This document shows, piece by piece, positions 44,713-58,153 of a DNA stretch of 64,000 nucleotides; position 1 is the stretch's first letter, and every line of letters starts with the position of its first letter. The position numbers were made by a program, and so were the translations under genes. Origin of the DNA: the human T2T-CHM13v2.0 reference genome, Homo sapiens; the NCBI RefSeq assembly GCF_009914755.1, contig NC_060947.1; one strand, given 5' to 3'. The notes below the pieces were generated by a model. The model had not been told where the DNA came from. It saw only the letters and a list, made by a program, of their open reading frames with translations, and searched no databases.

Positions 44713-46133
44713 TTTTCAAATTATTGAGTACTTTTTTTTTTAATATTATTTTTTAACTTTTAAGTTCAGGGGTACAAGTGCAGGTTTTTTTTACATAGGT
44801 AAACTTGTATCAAGGGGTTTTGTTGTACAGATTATTTTATCACTCAGGTACTAAGCCTAGTAACCATTAGTTATTTTTCCCAATCCTCTCCTTCCTCCCA
44901 CCCTCCACCCTCAAAAGGCCGCCGTGTGTGTTGTTCTCCTCTATGTGTCCATGCGTTCTCATCATATAGCCCCCACTTACAAATGCAAGCATGTGGTATT
45001 TGGTTTTCTGTTCCTGAATTAATTTGCTAAGGGTAATGGCCTCTAGTTCCATCTGTGTCCACGCAAAGGACATGATCTTGTTCCTTTTTCATGGTTGCAT
45101 AGTATTCCATGTGTATATGTACCACATTTGCTTTATCCAATCTATCATTGATAGGCTAGGTGGATTCCTCGTGCTTGTTATTGTGAATAGTGGTACAATG
45201 AACATACACATGCATGTGTCTTTGTAATACAGTGATTTATATTCCTTTGGGTATATATCTAGTAATGGCATTGCTGATGTGAATGATATTTCTGTTTTCA
45301 GGTCTTTGAGGAATTGCCACACTGTCTTCCACAATCGTTGAACTAAGCTACACTCCCACCAATAGTGTATAAGCATTCCCTTTTCTCCATAGCTTTGCCA
45401 GTATCTGTTATTTTTTGACTTCTTAATCATAGCCATTCTGACTGGTGTGAGATGGTGTCTTATTGTGGTTTTTATTTGCATTTCTATAATGATCAGTGAT
45501 GTTGAACTATTCTTCATATGTTTTTTGGCCGCATGTATGTCTTCTTTTGAAAAAATGTATGTTCATGTCCTTTGCCCACTTTTTTGTGGGGTTTTTTTTC
45601 TTGTCAATTTGTTTAAGTTCCTTATAAATGCTGAATATTAGACCTTTGTCAGATGCATAGTTTGCAAAAATTTTCTCCCATTCTGTAGGTTGTTGCTAGT
45701 TTCTTTTTCTGTGCAGAAGCTCTTTAATTTGGTCTCATTTGTCAATTTTTGCTTTTGCTGCAATTGCTTTTGGAGTCTTTATCATGAAATCTTTGTCCAT
45801 GCCTATGTACTGAATGGTATTGCCTAGGTTGTCTTCCAGGGTTTTTATAGTTTGCATATGGTATAAGAAAGGGGTCCAGTTACAATTTTCTGCATATGAC
45901 TAGCCAGTTATCCCAGCATTATTTATTGAATAAGGGATCCTTTCCCTATTGCTTGTTTTTGTCAGGTTTGTCAAAGATCAGATAGTTGTAGGTATGTGGT
46001 CTGTTTTTGGGGTTCTCTATTCTGTTCTATTTGTCTATTTGTCTGTGTGTCTGTTTTTGTATCAGTACCATGCTGTTTTGGTTACTGTAGCCCTGTAGTA
46101 TATTTTGAAGTTGGGCAGCATGATGCCTCCAGC
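44713..46133 (-). mobile_element. 5'-truncated L1PA (approx. L1PA13-15) with TSD
   Basis: ORF2 C-terminal fragments ([29 protein letters not shown]); TSD ttccca(a)cccaactttt at 44697-44712 and 46134-46150. Confidence 0.92.
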
Positions 46134-46199
46134 TTCCCAACCCAACTTTTTACTTTTCACACCTACTCAGTATGTTTTCAATTCTATTGGGTAAGTGAG

Positions 46200-46350
46200 T
46201 CTTTTGGATGTGGCATATTGTATGAGATTTGGAGTTCAGTAAAATTGACTTAAAACTTCAGTTTCCTCATTTATTAAATGATCCTAACAATGTTATATGG
46301 TCTTAAGGGCTGAAGTCATTAACAGCTATCTGTTAGCATCATGTCTTCCA
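46200..46350 (+). mobile_element. MIR fragment
   Basis: ttgacttaaaacttcagtttcctcatttattaaatg. Confidence 0.45.
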
Positions 46351-49089
46351 CATGGAAAACAACCTCAAAGTTTAATGGTCCTGTATTTTTTGCCTTTGTT
46401 CCTCCCACATAGAGGCAATATGCTGTACACTTCTTTTATGTAACATAGAGTCCCAGGTTGTGTCAGGAATAAAACTCCACTACCTGGAACAGGAATGGAA
46501 GGAGGCCATGCAAGTTTATTGGGGTTTATGTATGGAAGACACTTTTACTGGGGATAGTAAAAGAGAAAGGGCAATGAGATAATGCTTAGGTTGGAGTTTG
46601 ATGGAGTTGAGAATGAATAATTTGCTAAAAAATAGTGGGACCTAGCATAAGTCACCATGGTGGGGACAGATGAAAAGTTCAGCAGCTTGCTGTTTAAAAT
46701 GGAGGAAGAGACCAGATATTATGTTTTGTTACCCAACTTGACATTGGTCAGGTTATAGTCAAACGGACAAAGCTATATCATATAAAATAGTCATCAGTAT
46801 AAAAGGTATACTCTATTTATTTAGCTTTCAAAATTTTATTTCTAATAATTTAGAAATCATTTATCAGTTGGCCAGCCTTACTATATGTGCTTTTGATGAA
46901 ATCTTGTAAGTTTTCCACATTATTTTAGGTTTGAAAATTAGAGTATTGATCAAATCACTAGCTTGGATACAGGTATTTTGACGTCCCTGGGTCTTTAAAG
47001 TTGATTTAATTTAAGGTGAACTGCTGTTCGTATCTCCTCTCCCATTCTCTGTTATTTATACAGATATCCTAAATTAAAACAGAAGTGGTACACTGAATCC
47101 CAAATGTCCTAGAAATGCTGTATATGCCACCTGTAAGCATCTTTGAATCATATCTTAATTTTCTGATGGACTCAGGCCTTTGATCCTATTAAGAATTCAG
47201 CACTGAGACCACTCAGGAAGAGCCAAAGTGCTTTCTGTTGGGGTTCAGGCATCATCAACCAAATTGTCAGCTAAGTTCTCATTGCAGAATCTTTATTACT
47301 GGCAATGATGAAAGAGGCAGAAAGAACACAGCTTGAATCTCAGATCTCTGGATGAAAATTCAGACCAGGTATTGAAAATATTCTTTTACCTTATAAATGA
47401 AGCAAATGTCGATATATCTGTGATTAATTGAAATTAGAAAACCCTGTAATGTCATAGTTTACTTACTTTTTCAGCCTGAAATCCAACTGTGACTACTGAT
47501 CCTAGTTCCTGTTCTGTCATCATAGCGCCAACTTTCTTAACAAAAGGAACAATAGAATCAAACTAGATAACATGGTTTGAAATAGAAAAAGTCAGCATCT
47601 TCCCCCAAATCAGTAAAGTCTGTAATGCTGATCAAAGATAGAGAATAAATGATGTAGCAATGAGTGTGGGAATCAAAGGACTATCACCAATTGAAGGCAT
47701 TTATTGGTAATTAAGATGAAGGAGCATGGGTTGATTGGAATTTATTATAAAATGTTCATGGCAGCAGGATTGCTGTGAACTAACATCATCAATATTAGAG
47801 CTATTGCTATGTCTCTATCATAAGGTAGTGACAGATAATTAATAAACCCAATTAACTATGAAATTATGTCTGCTTAGGTTTTTGCATATGGCTTGACTAT
47901 ATTTTAAAGTAATCAAAGTGATTTTCAACTGATAAAAATACACCACAAGACATCTCTTCTTACTGAAAGATCCATTTTCAGTCAATTTGAGCGTAAAAGT
48001 TCTTCAGAAGATGGAATAAATCTATAGACTGGTTTGGAGATTCTTACCCTTGTTTCATTCTCCTCACCAGCCTACACAGAGAGATTGGAAGAAAGCAGAC
48101 AGACCTTTGTGAACATGACAGCTTATTGCTATCATTACGTGCTTTCTGTTTTCTGAAAAAAAATTTGTGAAAGTAAAAGAAAATAGATATGTCTTTACTG
48201 TCACTGAGCTTTTAATCACAGAAGTCAAATATATGGCACAGAAGAGTTGAAACATTAACTGGAACAATTTTGATAAATGCAATTGGATTAAATTGTACAC
48301 AATATAAGGTAGAGATGTGGATGTCATGGTGTGAGAAATGCAGCAATCCCCACTCTTTGGACTAACGAAAGAACAAGGAAGAGGCCATATACATTGAAAG
48401 TACCTCGACATAAATATGTGGACAATTATTTCTTCTTTGATTTTCTTTTTCTTATCCCTCGAAACCTTTCTCTTTTAATGTGGAAATTTTTGTCTATCTC
48501 TGTGTTTCAAGAGCAGCAGGAGGTAGAACAGTATGAGAGATATGTGGAAGGGTCATTGCATGAAAAAAAAAGCCAATCTGAGCATGGAACACCTACTGGG
48601 GTCAAAGAGAATAATGGGATGTAATTAAACGGCTTCCTAGGGAGATGAAGCAAGAAGAGCAACCCACCCAAAGATACTTTTCCTCATGTTTGATAATATA
48701 GAACCTCTGCACATATAAAAGTAAATGCTGTTGGTTTATAGAAAGATCTATATATGTGTAAACATTTTGATCCACTTTCAGAATGGCCACTGATTTTCAT
48801 CTATGGTGGTTTCATTAGCATTCCATTTTAGATATACTACTTTTTAGCTTAGAGAGTATACATGTTTGCCTGTGACAAAATCCAATTCCCAACCCCCAAA
48901 TGAATAAACAAACAAACAAAATAATCCATAAAAAATCAACGTGAAGAAGAATACTCTCCAAAGCCTGCAAACTAAGTCATTGTCTTTTATTTATTAGCAT
49001 AATGAAAAAAATTCTCAGTCGCTTATGGAAGTACAAGAATAAAAATCAGAAAAATCATGTGAGTAATTACACATAGAAGGAATTCAAAT

Positions 49090-49283
49090 CCGTGCTGTGT
49101 TGGAGCTAGCAATGGCTTGTAAAAGCCAATTGTTAAATTTTCAGTAATTTTGCAAGCTGGTTGACATCATGTTGGTAGCTGAAATCAGTCATGGTGAGAT
49201 GGAAATTGGCAAATGCTACAAATCAGAACTTTCTTTGCTACCTGAGAAAGCCAATTTTTAAACATTTATTTGTGTATCACCAG
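49090..49283 (+). mobile_element. MER63-like hAT DNA transposon
   Basis: gtgctgtgttggagc...aaagccaattgttaaattttcagtaattttgcaagctggttgacatcatgttggtagc...gcaaatgctacaaatcag. Confidence 0.7.
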
Positions 49284-49300
49284 ATTCAATCAAATCAATG

Positions 49301-49302
<2 letters not shown>

Positions 49303-49331
<29 letters not shown>
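49303..49331. repeat. Poly-T tract (~29 nt)
   Basis: Direct reading. Confidence 0.97.
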
Positions 49332-49502
49332 GCAAATCTCTTCAGCTAGTTTTCCCCTAGGTTAATAGCATGACATAGAATGGTGCTTTTCAAATCTCTC
49401 TCTTTTTTAACACAAGGAAAGTTTTCCAAGCAAAATCTTACATGGAAACTTATATAACCAATAAAGACAGATATGCTCTTATTGAAGTAAATAGGGGAAG
49501 AG

Positions 49503-49618
49503 TCATTCCCTGGCGTCCCTCCGTCCTATAAGCTACCAACCAAATGATCCTCTGAAACCCCACCTGGACTCTGGAAGCCATATTTATAACAATTGATAAA
49601 AAGGAAAGAACAAAAGCT
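49503..49618 (+). repeat. 116-bp dispersed direct repeat, copy 1
   Basis: tcattccctggc...ggaaagaacaaaagct matches 51464-51579 with 4 substitutions. Confidence 0.95.
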
Positions 49619-50581
49619 GGAAAACAAAGACACAAGGAATTATGGTCCCAGTTTTGACTATAAGCAACCACTTCAGACCTTGATTTCTTTTTTGTAAAGT
49701 GAAGAGTTTAGACAAAGGACATTAGAACTCTCCAAGCTATAAAACTTTGTGTTTCTCTAATTTAAAGATTCATGAGTGTTCCGTGAAAATAATTTTTAAA
49801 ATTTGACTTAAAATTAAAGATAAATTCTACTTCAGGTCAGCACTCTCATATTTTTTCCTCTAACTTCTAGGGAAATTATTTTTGCATTTAAATTAATTTG
49901 CAATTGCCACATACTTGCAGCTAGACTCACAAAAGTGATAATCTTGCCAATGCCTATACAAAGCTGCTAACATTTTTACCAACAAATATTCTCATTATAT
50001 TGGTGTAGACCTAGCCAAACAAGACAAATAATCCTTCTTCACATCCATATTTGCTCTATGCAGTGCTGGCAGCACCAATCTTGGTTGTTTACTGACTTCT
50101 TTTTATGCATTACCATACACTAAATTCTCCTACTTCTACACCCTGTCCTTGATGATACTCTCTTCAGAGGCAATATGAGTCATATTAGTAAAAGAAGAGC
50201 TGAACGGTTCTGGAGTGGGTTTCCATTGCTAGAGTATTTGGAGGTGGTGAAAACAAAATCTGCAAAGTAAGATAAGTTTGCCTCAGCAGAAGCAATTCTG
50301 AAAGCCGAAACAGGTATGTTATATGTGGGTATGTAAATGCATAGGTATATGTATGTATTGATAGGCTCATAATTTCCCAAAAGAACTATTTCAAAATAAA
50401 GCAATAATATGTCTACCCATCTTTCAACTATCTAGGCATAGATTAATAAGTATGTGGACCAACTAAAATAAAAATATATAACAGCATATTTATAAAAATT
50501 ATTACTATAAATCAATTAAAACAGCTACATGTAAGGATCTATTGTTCAGAACTAGAAAGTAACTGTTAGGGTCTTGGCAGG

Positions 50582-51263
<682 letters not shown>

Positions 51264-51319
51264 AGCAGTAATAATAGTACACTTATAGAAGGTGTTTGAA
51301 GAGATTTTAAATAAAAAGG

Positions 51320-51855
51320 CTATTTTTAAATGTCTGGGCAGCATTAAGGGAAAGCAACAAAAAGCGGTGAAGCACTCAGGGCTAATGACAGAGAGCAGCT
51401 TTTATCAACCCATGGCCTAACTGGATAGGAGAAGGGAAATATTACCAGATCCTGGAGAGGTAATCATTCCCTGGCCTCCCTCCATCCTATAAGCTACCAA
51501 CCAAATGATCCTCTGAAACCCCAACTGGACTCTGGAAGCCATATTTATAACAACTGATAAAAAGGAAAGAACAAAAGCTACAATAAGAGAAGGCCATCTG
51601 CTGCGAGCTGTAATATTTGGAAGAGGGGTGTAGCTGCCAGTTAACTCTTTGGGAGGAAGTTATTATAATAAATACCCTGACCTCTTTCTCCTCTGACCCT
51701 CTAATCCCTTATTGGTGCCTCCCATTGGCTAAAACCAACCAAAACCAAGAAAGCCTGTTGACCCACACATAAAGCCAACTTCCTGGGGCACAGAAAAAGG
51801 TGAAAATGGTAGAGAGAGGAATAGGCAAGGAAAATTGAGAATATCCACCACAGTA
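51320..51855 (-). mobile_element. Old ERVL-type LTR (LTR33/LTR41-like), interrupted by the 116-bp copy
   Basis: aaataccctgacctc...ggtgcctcccattggctaaaaccaacc...ttcctggggcacag...gagaatatccacca; family assignment tentative. Confidence 0.5.
51464..51579 (+). repeat. 116-bp dispersed direct repeat, copy 2
   Basis: 112/116 identical to 49503-49618. Confidence 0.95.
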
Positions 51856-52337
51856 ACCAATAGCTTCTACTTTTGGTCTACTGGAATGTAACAATACCCT
51901 TTCATCTTTATTAATTAATTCATTAATCCAATCTATATTTAGCACTTACTCTATACCAGACACTGTTCACAGTTTTAATTTTACAGCAGTGAACAAAATA
52001 AAGATTTTGTCCTCAGGAAAAAAAAGAGACAAGAAAAAATAAGTAAATAGTCAAAACAAGTTCAGATAATGTTAATACTAAAAAATAAAATGAAGAAGCA
52101 TGATAGAATTATCACAGTGGGGGTATGGAGCTTCTCCAGGTAATGTGGGTAAGAAAGGCCTATTGGAGGAGGTGATAATTGAACTATGATATCATGATGA
52201 GAAGACATGAAGTATGCTCATAACTGAGGAAAGAGAATTCTAGACAAAGGGAACAGTGACTTTAAGGGCCATGAAGCAGGAACAAGGTTTTCATATTAGA
52301 AGAAGAAAAAGAGAGTAAGCCTGGTTAGAATACAGAC

Positions 52338-52381
52338 AACTTAGTAGAACACAGAGAACTTAGTAGAACACAGAGAACTTA
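52338..52381. repeat. 19-bp tandem duplication (aacttagtagaacacagag x2)
   Basis: Direct reading. Confidence 0.9.
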
Positions 52382-52419
52382 AATGAGTCTGGAGTATAGG
52401 GGAAAGGCATCATGAGGGA

Positions 52420-52922
52420 TGTTTCCATTATGTATGGCTGCACATGTAGCTACTACAAACATAATAGCTTAATATAACAATTTATTATTCTTCAGGTGTT
52501 CATGAGCCAGGAATTTGGGCAGACCCTGGTTCAATAATTTTTCTGCTCTGTATGGTGTTAGCTGAAGACATTTGATAGTGTTCATCTGGTGGCTGGACTG
52601 GGCTGGATTGTCAAAGAAGGCTCTAGAATCCCTGGTGTATAGGTGCTTCTCTTCATGGCCTCTATCTATTCCCATGACTACTTTCAGCTTCCTCAGAGCA
52701 TGGTGGTCTCAGGGTAGTCAGACTTACATGGAAGTTGGCTTCCTCTCGGGAAGAAGCAGAATCTGCTAGACCTCTTGTGATCTAAGTTTGAAAGTCCCAG
52801 AACGTTACTTCTGTTGCATCTTATCAGTCAAAACAATTTACAGGGCGAACTCAATTTCAAGCAGAGGGAAATAGACTCTAGCTCTTGATTGATTGTTGCA
52901 ATCTTTGGAAACCAGCTATCAT
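52420..52922 (-). mobile_element. MLT1 (G/H-like) MaLR LTR
   Basis: caatttattatt...gccaggaatttgggcag...ggctggactgggctgg...gcttcctcagagcatggtggtctcagggtagtcagactt...gcaatctttggaaaccagctatca. Confidence 0.75.
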
Positions 52923-53455
52923 AAAGTCTCTTGTAGGCCATAGTAATGGTTTGGATTATAATCCAAGTACGGTGAAAAGCCATAGGAAGTTTTAATCAAG
53001 GGAGCAATATTATTTTATTTAGCCTTTAAAAGTAACACTCTGGCATCTGTGGAGAATGGACCCTAGTGTTGCAAGAGTACAATTTGAAAGAGCAGTTAGG
53101 AGTCTCCTGTGGCAGACAACAAGAAAAATTATGATGGCTTTTACCAGGATAGTGTTGGTAGATGTAGTGAAATATGGATAGATTTGGAATATATTTGAGA
53201 AGTAGAGCTAAGAAGACTTGCTGATGGATTTAATGTGTGAAGTGAGAGAAAAAGAAGACTTGGAGGGACTCTGAAGACTCCAAGTTTTTTATCTGAAAGC
53301 AGAGATCATGGTGCCATCCAGAGAAATGAGGAAGTTTGGGGAAAAGGTGGAGGGAAGGAGAGCAAATTAAAGGTTTTCTTTTGCCAACTGTAGAGCTGAG
53401 TGGTAGACATACTGAGTTATTTAAAAGGTCTCCTACTGTCCCTACCAACAACTAC

Positions 53456-54001
53456 TGTATTAGTCCGTTCTCACACTGCTATGAGGAAATACCTGAGACT
53501 GTGTTAATTTATAAAGTAAATGGGTTTAGTTGACTCACAGTTCTGTATGGTTGGGGAAGCCTCAGGAAACTTACAATCATGGTGGAATGGGAAGCAAACA
53601 CCTTCTTCTACACATGGCAGCAGGAAAGAGAAATGCCAAGCAAAGGGGGAAAAGCCCCTTCTAAAACTTGATCTTGTGAGAACTCACTCACTATCAAAAG
53701 AACAGCATGGGGTAACCACCTCCATGGTTCAATTACCTCCCACCAGCTCCCCGCCTTGACTCGTGGGGATTATGGGAACTACAATTCAAGATGAAATTTG
53801 GGTGGGAACACAGCCAAACAATATAATTCCACCCCTTACCCCTCCAAAATCTCATGCCCTCACATTTCAAAATACAATCATGCCTTTCCAACAGTCTCCC
53901 AAAGTCTTAACTCATTCCAGCATGACACTTGGGGATTATGATCATTCATAGATGACCAATTCAAGATGAGATTTGGGTGGGGACACAGCCAAACCATATC
54001 A
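53456..54001 (-). mobile_element. THE1 (C/D-like) MaLR: complete LTR, 96-bp internal stub and partial second LTR
   Basis: LTR 53456-53826 (tgtattagtccgttctcac...cagccaaacaatataa), internal stub 53827-53922, second LTR end 53923-54001 (...gggtggggacacagccaaaccatatca). Confidence 0.9.
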
Positions 54002-54024
54002 ATCACATAGAAATAGTTTTAATA

Positions 54025-54280
54025 ATTTATGCTTAGCACTTACTCTGTGTCAGGCACTGTTATCAGAGCTGTACCTATGTTAACAGTTTAAAGCTCACAC
54101 CAACCCTGTGAGAAAGGTACTATTAGCATTTGTGTTTTACAGATGGGAAAACCTGAGCTATAGAAAGATTAACTAACTTGCCCCAAATCAGACAATTATT
54201 GATAGGTGGATCTGGGATTTGAACGAAAGTGGTTTGGGTCTGAAGACCATTGTTGGAACCATTACACTATACTACCTCTC
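54025..54280 (-). mobile_element. MIR
   Basis: agcacttactctgtgtcaggcactg...ttttacagatgggaaaacctgag...taacttgcccc...ctgggatttgaac. Confidence 0.85.
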
Positions 54281-54732
54281 CAAATGATACAAAACACTGA
54301 AGTGTTTCATACAAAGGCAAGCTAAAAAGTATGGGAATGTGCAAGAAACAAAAGAAGCTCAGTCCAGACTGATGAATAAAACCTGTAGCTCATTTTTGTT
54401 GGTGCATGTTTGGGACCTCAGGGTTGCTCAGGCATCAAACATTACAGGCTTTTGCCAGCCAGCCTTGTAGTTACTTTGGTGATACTGTTTCCTCAAAAAC
54501 ACTGTAGGCATTTGATCAATTTATTTCTCACTATATTAACTCATAAAGAGATTGTCTTTACCTAGATCTTTAAGAGCAGCTTTATTGAGATATAATTCAC
54601 ATAAGATAAATTCACTTAAATTGAATATTATCAAAATGAAAATCTTTTTTGATACAATTCATAAAACCAAGAAAGTAAAAATAAAATCTATGGAATGGGT
54701 GAAAATTTTTGCAAATCATATATCTGATAAGG

Positions 54733-55086
54733 CAGTGGTCCCCAACCTTTTTGGCACCAGGGACTGGTTTCATGCAAGACAATTTTTCCACAAATGGTTG
54801 GGGGTGGTGGTGGGGTGGGGACCAGATGGTTCCGGGATGAAACTGTTTCACCTCAGATCATCAGGCATTAGGGTCTCATAAGGAGTGCACAACCTAGATC
54901 CCTCACATATGCAGTTCACAATAGTGTTCATGCTCCTGTGAGAATCTAATGCCACCGCTGATCTCACAGGATGCAGAGCTCAGGTGGTAATGCTTGCTCA
55001 CCCACTGCTCACCTCCTGCTGTGTGGTCAAGTTCCTAACAGGCCATGGACCGGTACCAGTCTGCACCCGGGGTTTGGGGACACATG
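54733..55086 (+). mobile_element. MER1B (hAT-Charlie) with 8-bp TSD
   Basis: TIRs cagtggtccccaacc / gggtttggggacacatg; TSD tgataagg (54725-54732) / tgataaga (55087-55094). Confidence 0.92.
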
Positions 55087-55936
55087 TGATAAGAAACCTG
55101 TATCCAGAATATATAAGAAACTCTTTCAACTCAATAATAAAAAGACAAGTAACCGAATTTAAAATGGGCAAAGAATTTGAATAGACATTTCTCCAGAGAA
55201 GATGTTTATTTTTCACTTCTCACTCATTCTTTCTGGTGTCTTATCTAAGAAGGTGGGTCTATGATCCACTTAGAGTTGATTTTTGCGCATAGAGTAAGCA
55301 TGGAGTACAACTTCATTCTTGTGCATGTGGATATACAATTGTCCCAACATCATTTTACCAAAAATACTATTCCTTTCCCCTGAAATTGCTCTAGCACCTT
55401 TGTTAAAAATCAACTGACCATAAACATGTGGATTGATTTCTGGACCCTCAATTCTGTTCCTTTAATCTATTGGTCTATCTTTAAGTCAGTCCCATATTGT
55501 CTCCGTTACAGTAGCTTTGTAGTAGTTTTGAAATCAAGAAGTATGAATCCTCCAACCTGAATTTTTTTTTTTTGGTCAAGACTGCTTTGACTATTCTGCA
55601 TCTCTTGCATTTCCACATGAATTTTAGGATAAATTTATCACTTTTGGCAAAAAAAAAAACAGCTGGAATTTTGATATGATTTGTATAAAATGTATAGATA
55701 AATTTGGGGAGAAGTCCATCTAAACAATATTATGCCCCGTAATTCATGAACATTGAATGTTTTTAAATTTTATTTAGGTCTTCTTTAATTTATTTCAACA
55801 ATATTCTGTAGGTTTCAGAATACAATTCCTATACTTATTTTGTTAAATTTATTTCTAAGTGTTTTTTTCTTGATGCTATTGTAAATGAAATTGTTTACTT
55901 AATTTTCAGATTGTTTCCTGATAGGATATAAAAATA

Positions 55937-56011
55937 TATGACCTATGTACCCACAGAAATTTTTAAAAAATAAAATTTGTAAAAAAGCTTAATAAGAACA
56001 ACAAAATAAAA
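55937..56011 (+). mobile_element. Very short L1 3' tip plus A-rich tail inserted in the L1MB
   Basis: acctatgtacccacagaaatttttaaaaaa... interrupts host ORF2; flanked by ataaaaata repeats. Confidence 0.55.
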
Positions 56012-57249
56012 ATAAAAATACGGTTAATGTTTGCAAATTAAACTTGTATTCTGCAACTATACTGAACTCATTATTAGCCATAAAATTTTTTGTGGATGCC
56101 TTAGGATTTTCTGTATACAAGATCATGTCATCTGCAAAGAAAGACAATTTTACCTTTTCCTTTCCAATATGGATGTTTGATTTATTTTTCTTGCCTAATT
56201 GTCCTGGCTAGAACTCCAGTATAATGTTCAATAGAGGTAGTGAGAACAGATATTCTTGCCTTGTTCCTGATCTTAGGGGGAAAGCATTCAGTCTTTCACC
56301 TTTAAGTATGATATTAGCTGTGGGTTTTTTCCTAGCTATTCTCTATCAGGTTGAGAAAATTGCCTTTTATTCCTAGTTTGTTGAGTGTTTTTATCATGAA
56401 AAAAATTGGATTTTGAGATGATTATACACTTTTGCCATTATTAATATGGTGTATTAAATGAATTGATTTTTGGATATTAAATTGACCTTGCATTCCTGGG
56501 ATAAATCATACTTGGTCATGGTGTATAAATCTTTTTATATGTTGCTGGATTTGGTTTGCTAGTATTTTCTTTAGGATTTTTCTATCTTTATAAAATATCC
56601 TGTCTGTAGCATTCTTTATAAGTGATGTCTTTGTCTGGTTTTGGTATCAGGATAATACTGTTCTCATATAATGAACTGAGAAGTATTCCCTCCACCTCTA
56701 TTTTTTTAGAAGTGTTTTTGAAGATATAGGGTTCATTCTTCTTTAAACACTTGGTATAATTAACCAGTGAAGCTGGGTCCTGGGCTTTTGTGGGAAGGTC
56801 TTTTTGTTTTATTACTAATTAAATTTCTTTACTTGTTATAGTTATATTCAGATTTTCTATTTATCCTTGAGCCAATCTTGGTAGATTGTATCTTTTTTAG
56901 GAATATATCCGTTTCATATAGTTTATCTAATTTGTTGACACAGAGTTTTTCATAGTTTCTCTATAATCCCTTCTCTCCCCCATAAATGTTGGTAGTGATG
57001 TCTTCTCTTTCATTCCTGATTTTAGTAATTTATGTCTTCTCTCTCTCCCTCTCTAAGTCTAGCCAAAGGTTTGTCAATATTTTAAAATCTTCTCAAAGAA
57101 CCAACATTTGATATTTACATACATGTTTAAGCCTAACTTCTCTAATCTTTCACTTCCTAGAATTTTAACGCTTCTCATCCCCCTCTCTCTAAACATAAAG
57201 ACAGATTAGGTTAATTTAGGAGTAGAATGAACAACTAACATAATACTGA

Positions 57250-57620
57250 AAATCTAAGCTTTTTGCTTACTTAATGTAGGCAGTTTCAGGCTAGTGTGAT
57301 ACTCCATTACTATAACTCCATTTTCTATTATCTGATTGCTTAGCCATTCTCAAAAGTTGACCAATTTGGCTACTTGAGCCCTATCACTATGTCAGCATTC
57401 CAGCCAGCACATCAATATTCTGGTCAGCAGGAAATAGACTAGCATTTTCACTCCTTTTAAGAAGACTTCCCCAATTTTGATGTACCACTTTCACTTACAA
57501 GCCTTTGGCCTAATCCTACTATTTGGACACACTGAACAACTAAGAGGCTTGGAATTGCCATTTATTTATGGTGTTTTACTTGCCCAAATAAAATTCTGAC
57601 CTCCAATTATTGAGGAAACA
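57250..57620 (-). mobile_element. Old MLT1 (J/K-like) LTR fragment
   Basis: aggcagtttcaggctagtgtg...cagcattccagccagc...ccactttcacttaca...gaggcttggaattg. Confidence 0.4.
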
Positions 57621-57972
57621 AGGAAACAATACTTATTGAAGGATAAAACCCTGTAAGAAAAGTATGTTGTAATATTTAGTGTATGTATATATTTTGAATT
57701 TATATGACAATTTACTCTATGCCTTGTTCAATATTCTGCTTTTTATATTTAATAGCATTTATGAAAATAATTATAAATAAACCAATATTCTCCATATATG
57801 GATATATGTGTCATATGTATAATGTATGTGTGTTTTAGATATAATGATTATGAGAGTGAACATTTGTGATTTATTCTCCCTTCTGCTCTTATCTGCAAGA
57901 ATCAGAATACTCTCATTCCTGATTCTCTCTTTAGAGATGAAAAGGATTTTTCATATGCTCTATAATCATTTA

Positions 57973-58153
57973 AAGTACTGATTCTCAGGTGTTTGTATGA
58001 ATAACAGTCACCCAGGAAATTTATTTTTTAAATGTAGATTCCAGGTTCTATCCCAAGAGAGCCTTATTCAGTAGGTCTAGTGTAGAGCCAGAAGCTTGAA
58101 TTTTAAATAAGGACCCCAGGTTGTTCTGGCCACAGTTTTTGAGAAATTTACTG
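57973..58153. mobile_element. MER5A (hAT-Charlie)
   Basis: gattctcagg...aaatgtagattccagg...ttcagtaggtctag...ttttaaataaggaccccagg...tttgagaaatttactg. Confidence 0.7.

Larger units (their letters stand above)
51900..53430 (-). mobile_element. L2 element interrupted by an MLT1 LTR
   Basis: L2 3' end (taattcattaatcc...atttagcacttactctataccagacactgtt) continuing to aagccataggaagttttaatcaaggg...gacttgctgatggattt...gactccaagttttt. Confidence 0.75.
54570..57110 (-). mobile_element. Old L1M (L1MB-like) fragment with an internally inverted segment (54612-55204 on + strand)
   Basis: Antisense 3' tip cagctttattgagatataattcac; plus-strand ORF2 piece (EWVKIFANHISDK...SRIYKKL...aaatgggcaaagaatttgaatagacatttctcc); antisense ORF2 from ~55205 to ~57110. 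Confidence 0.8.

Noticed and set aside
52338-52381. Short direct repeats as a CRISPR-like array (also 20674-20720, 38211-38230, 39014-39051)
   Set aside because: Two or three adjacent copies without unique spacers in primate DNA; ordinary slippage duplications.
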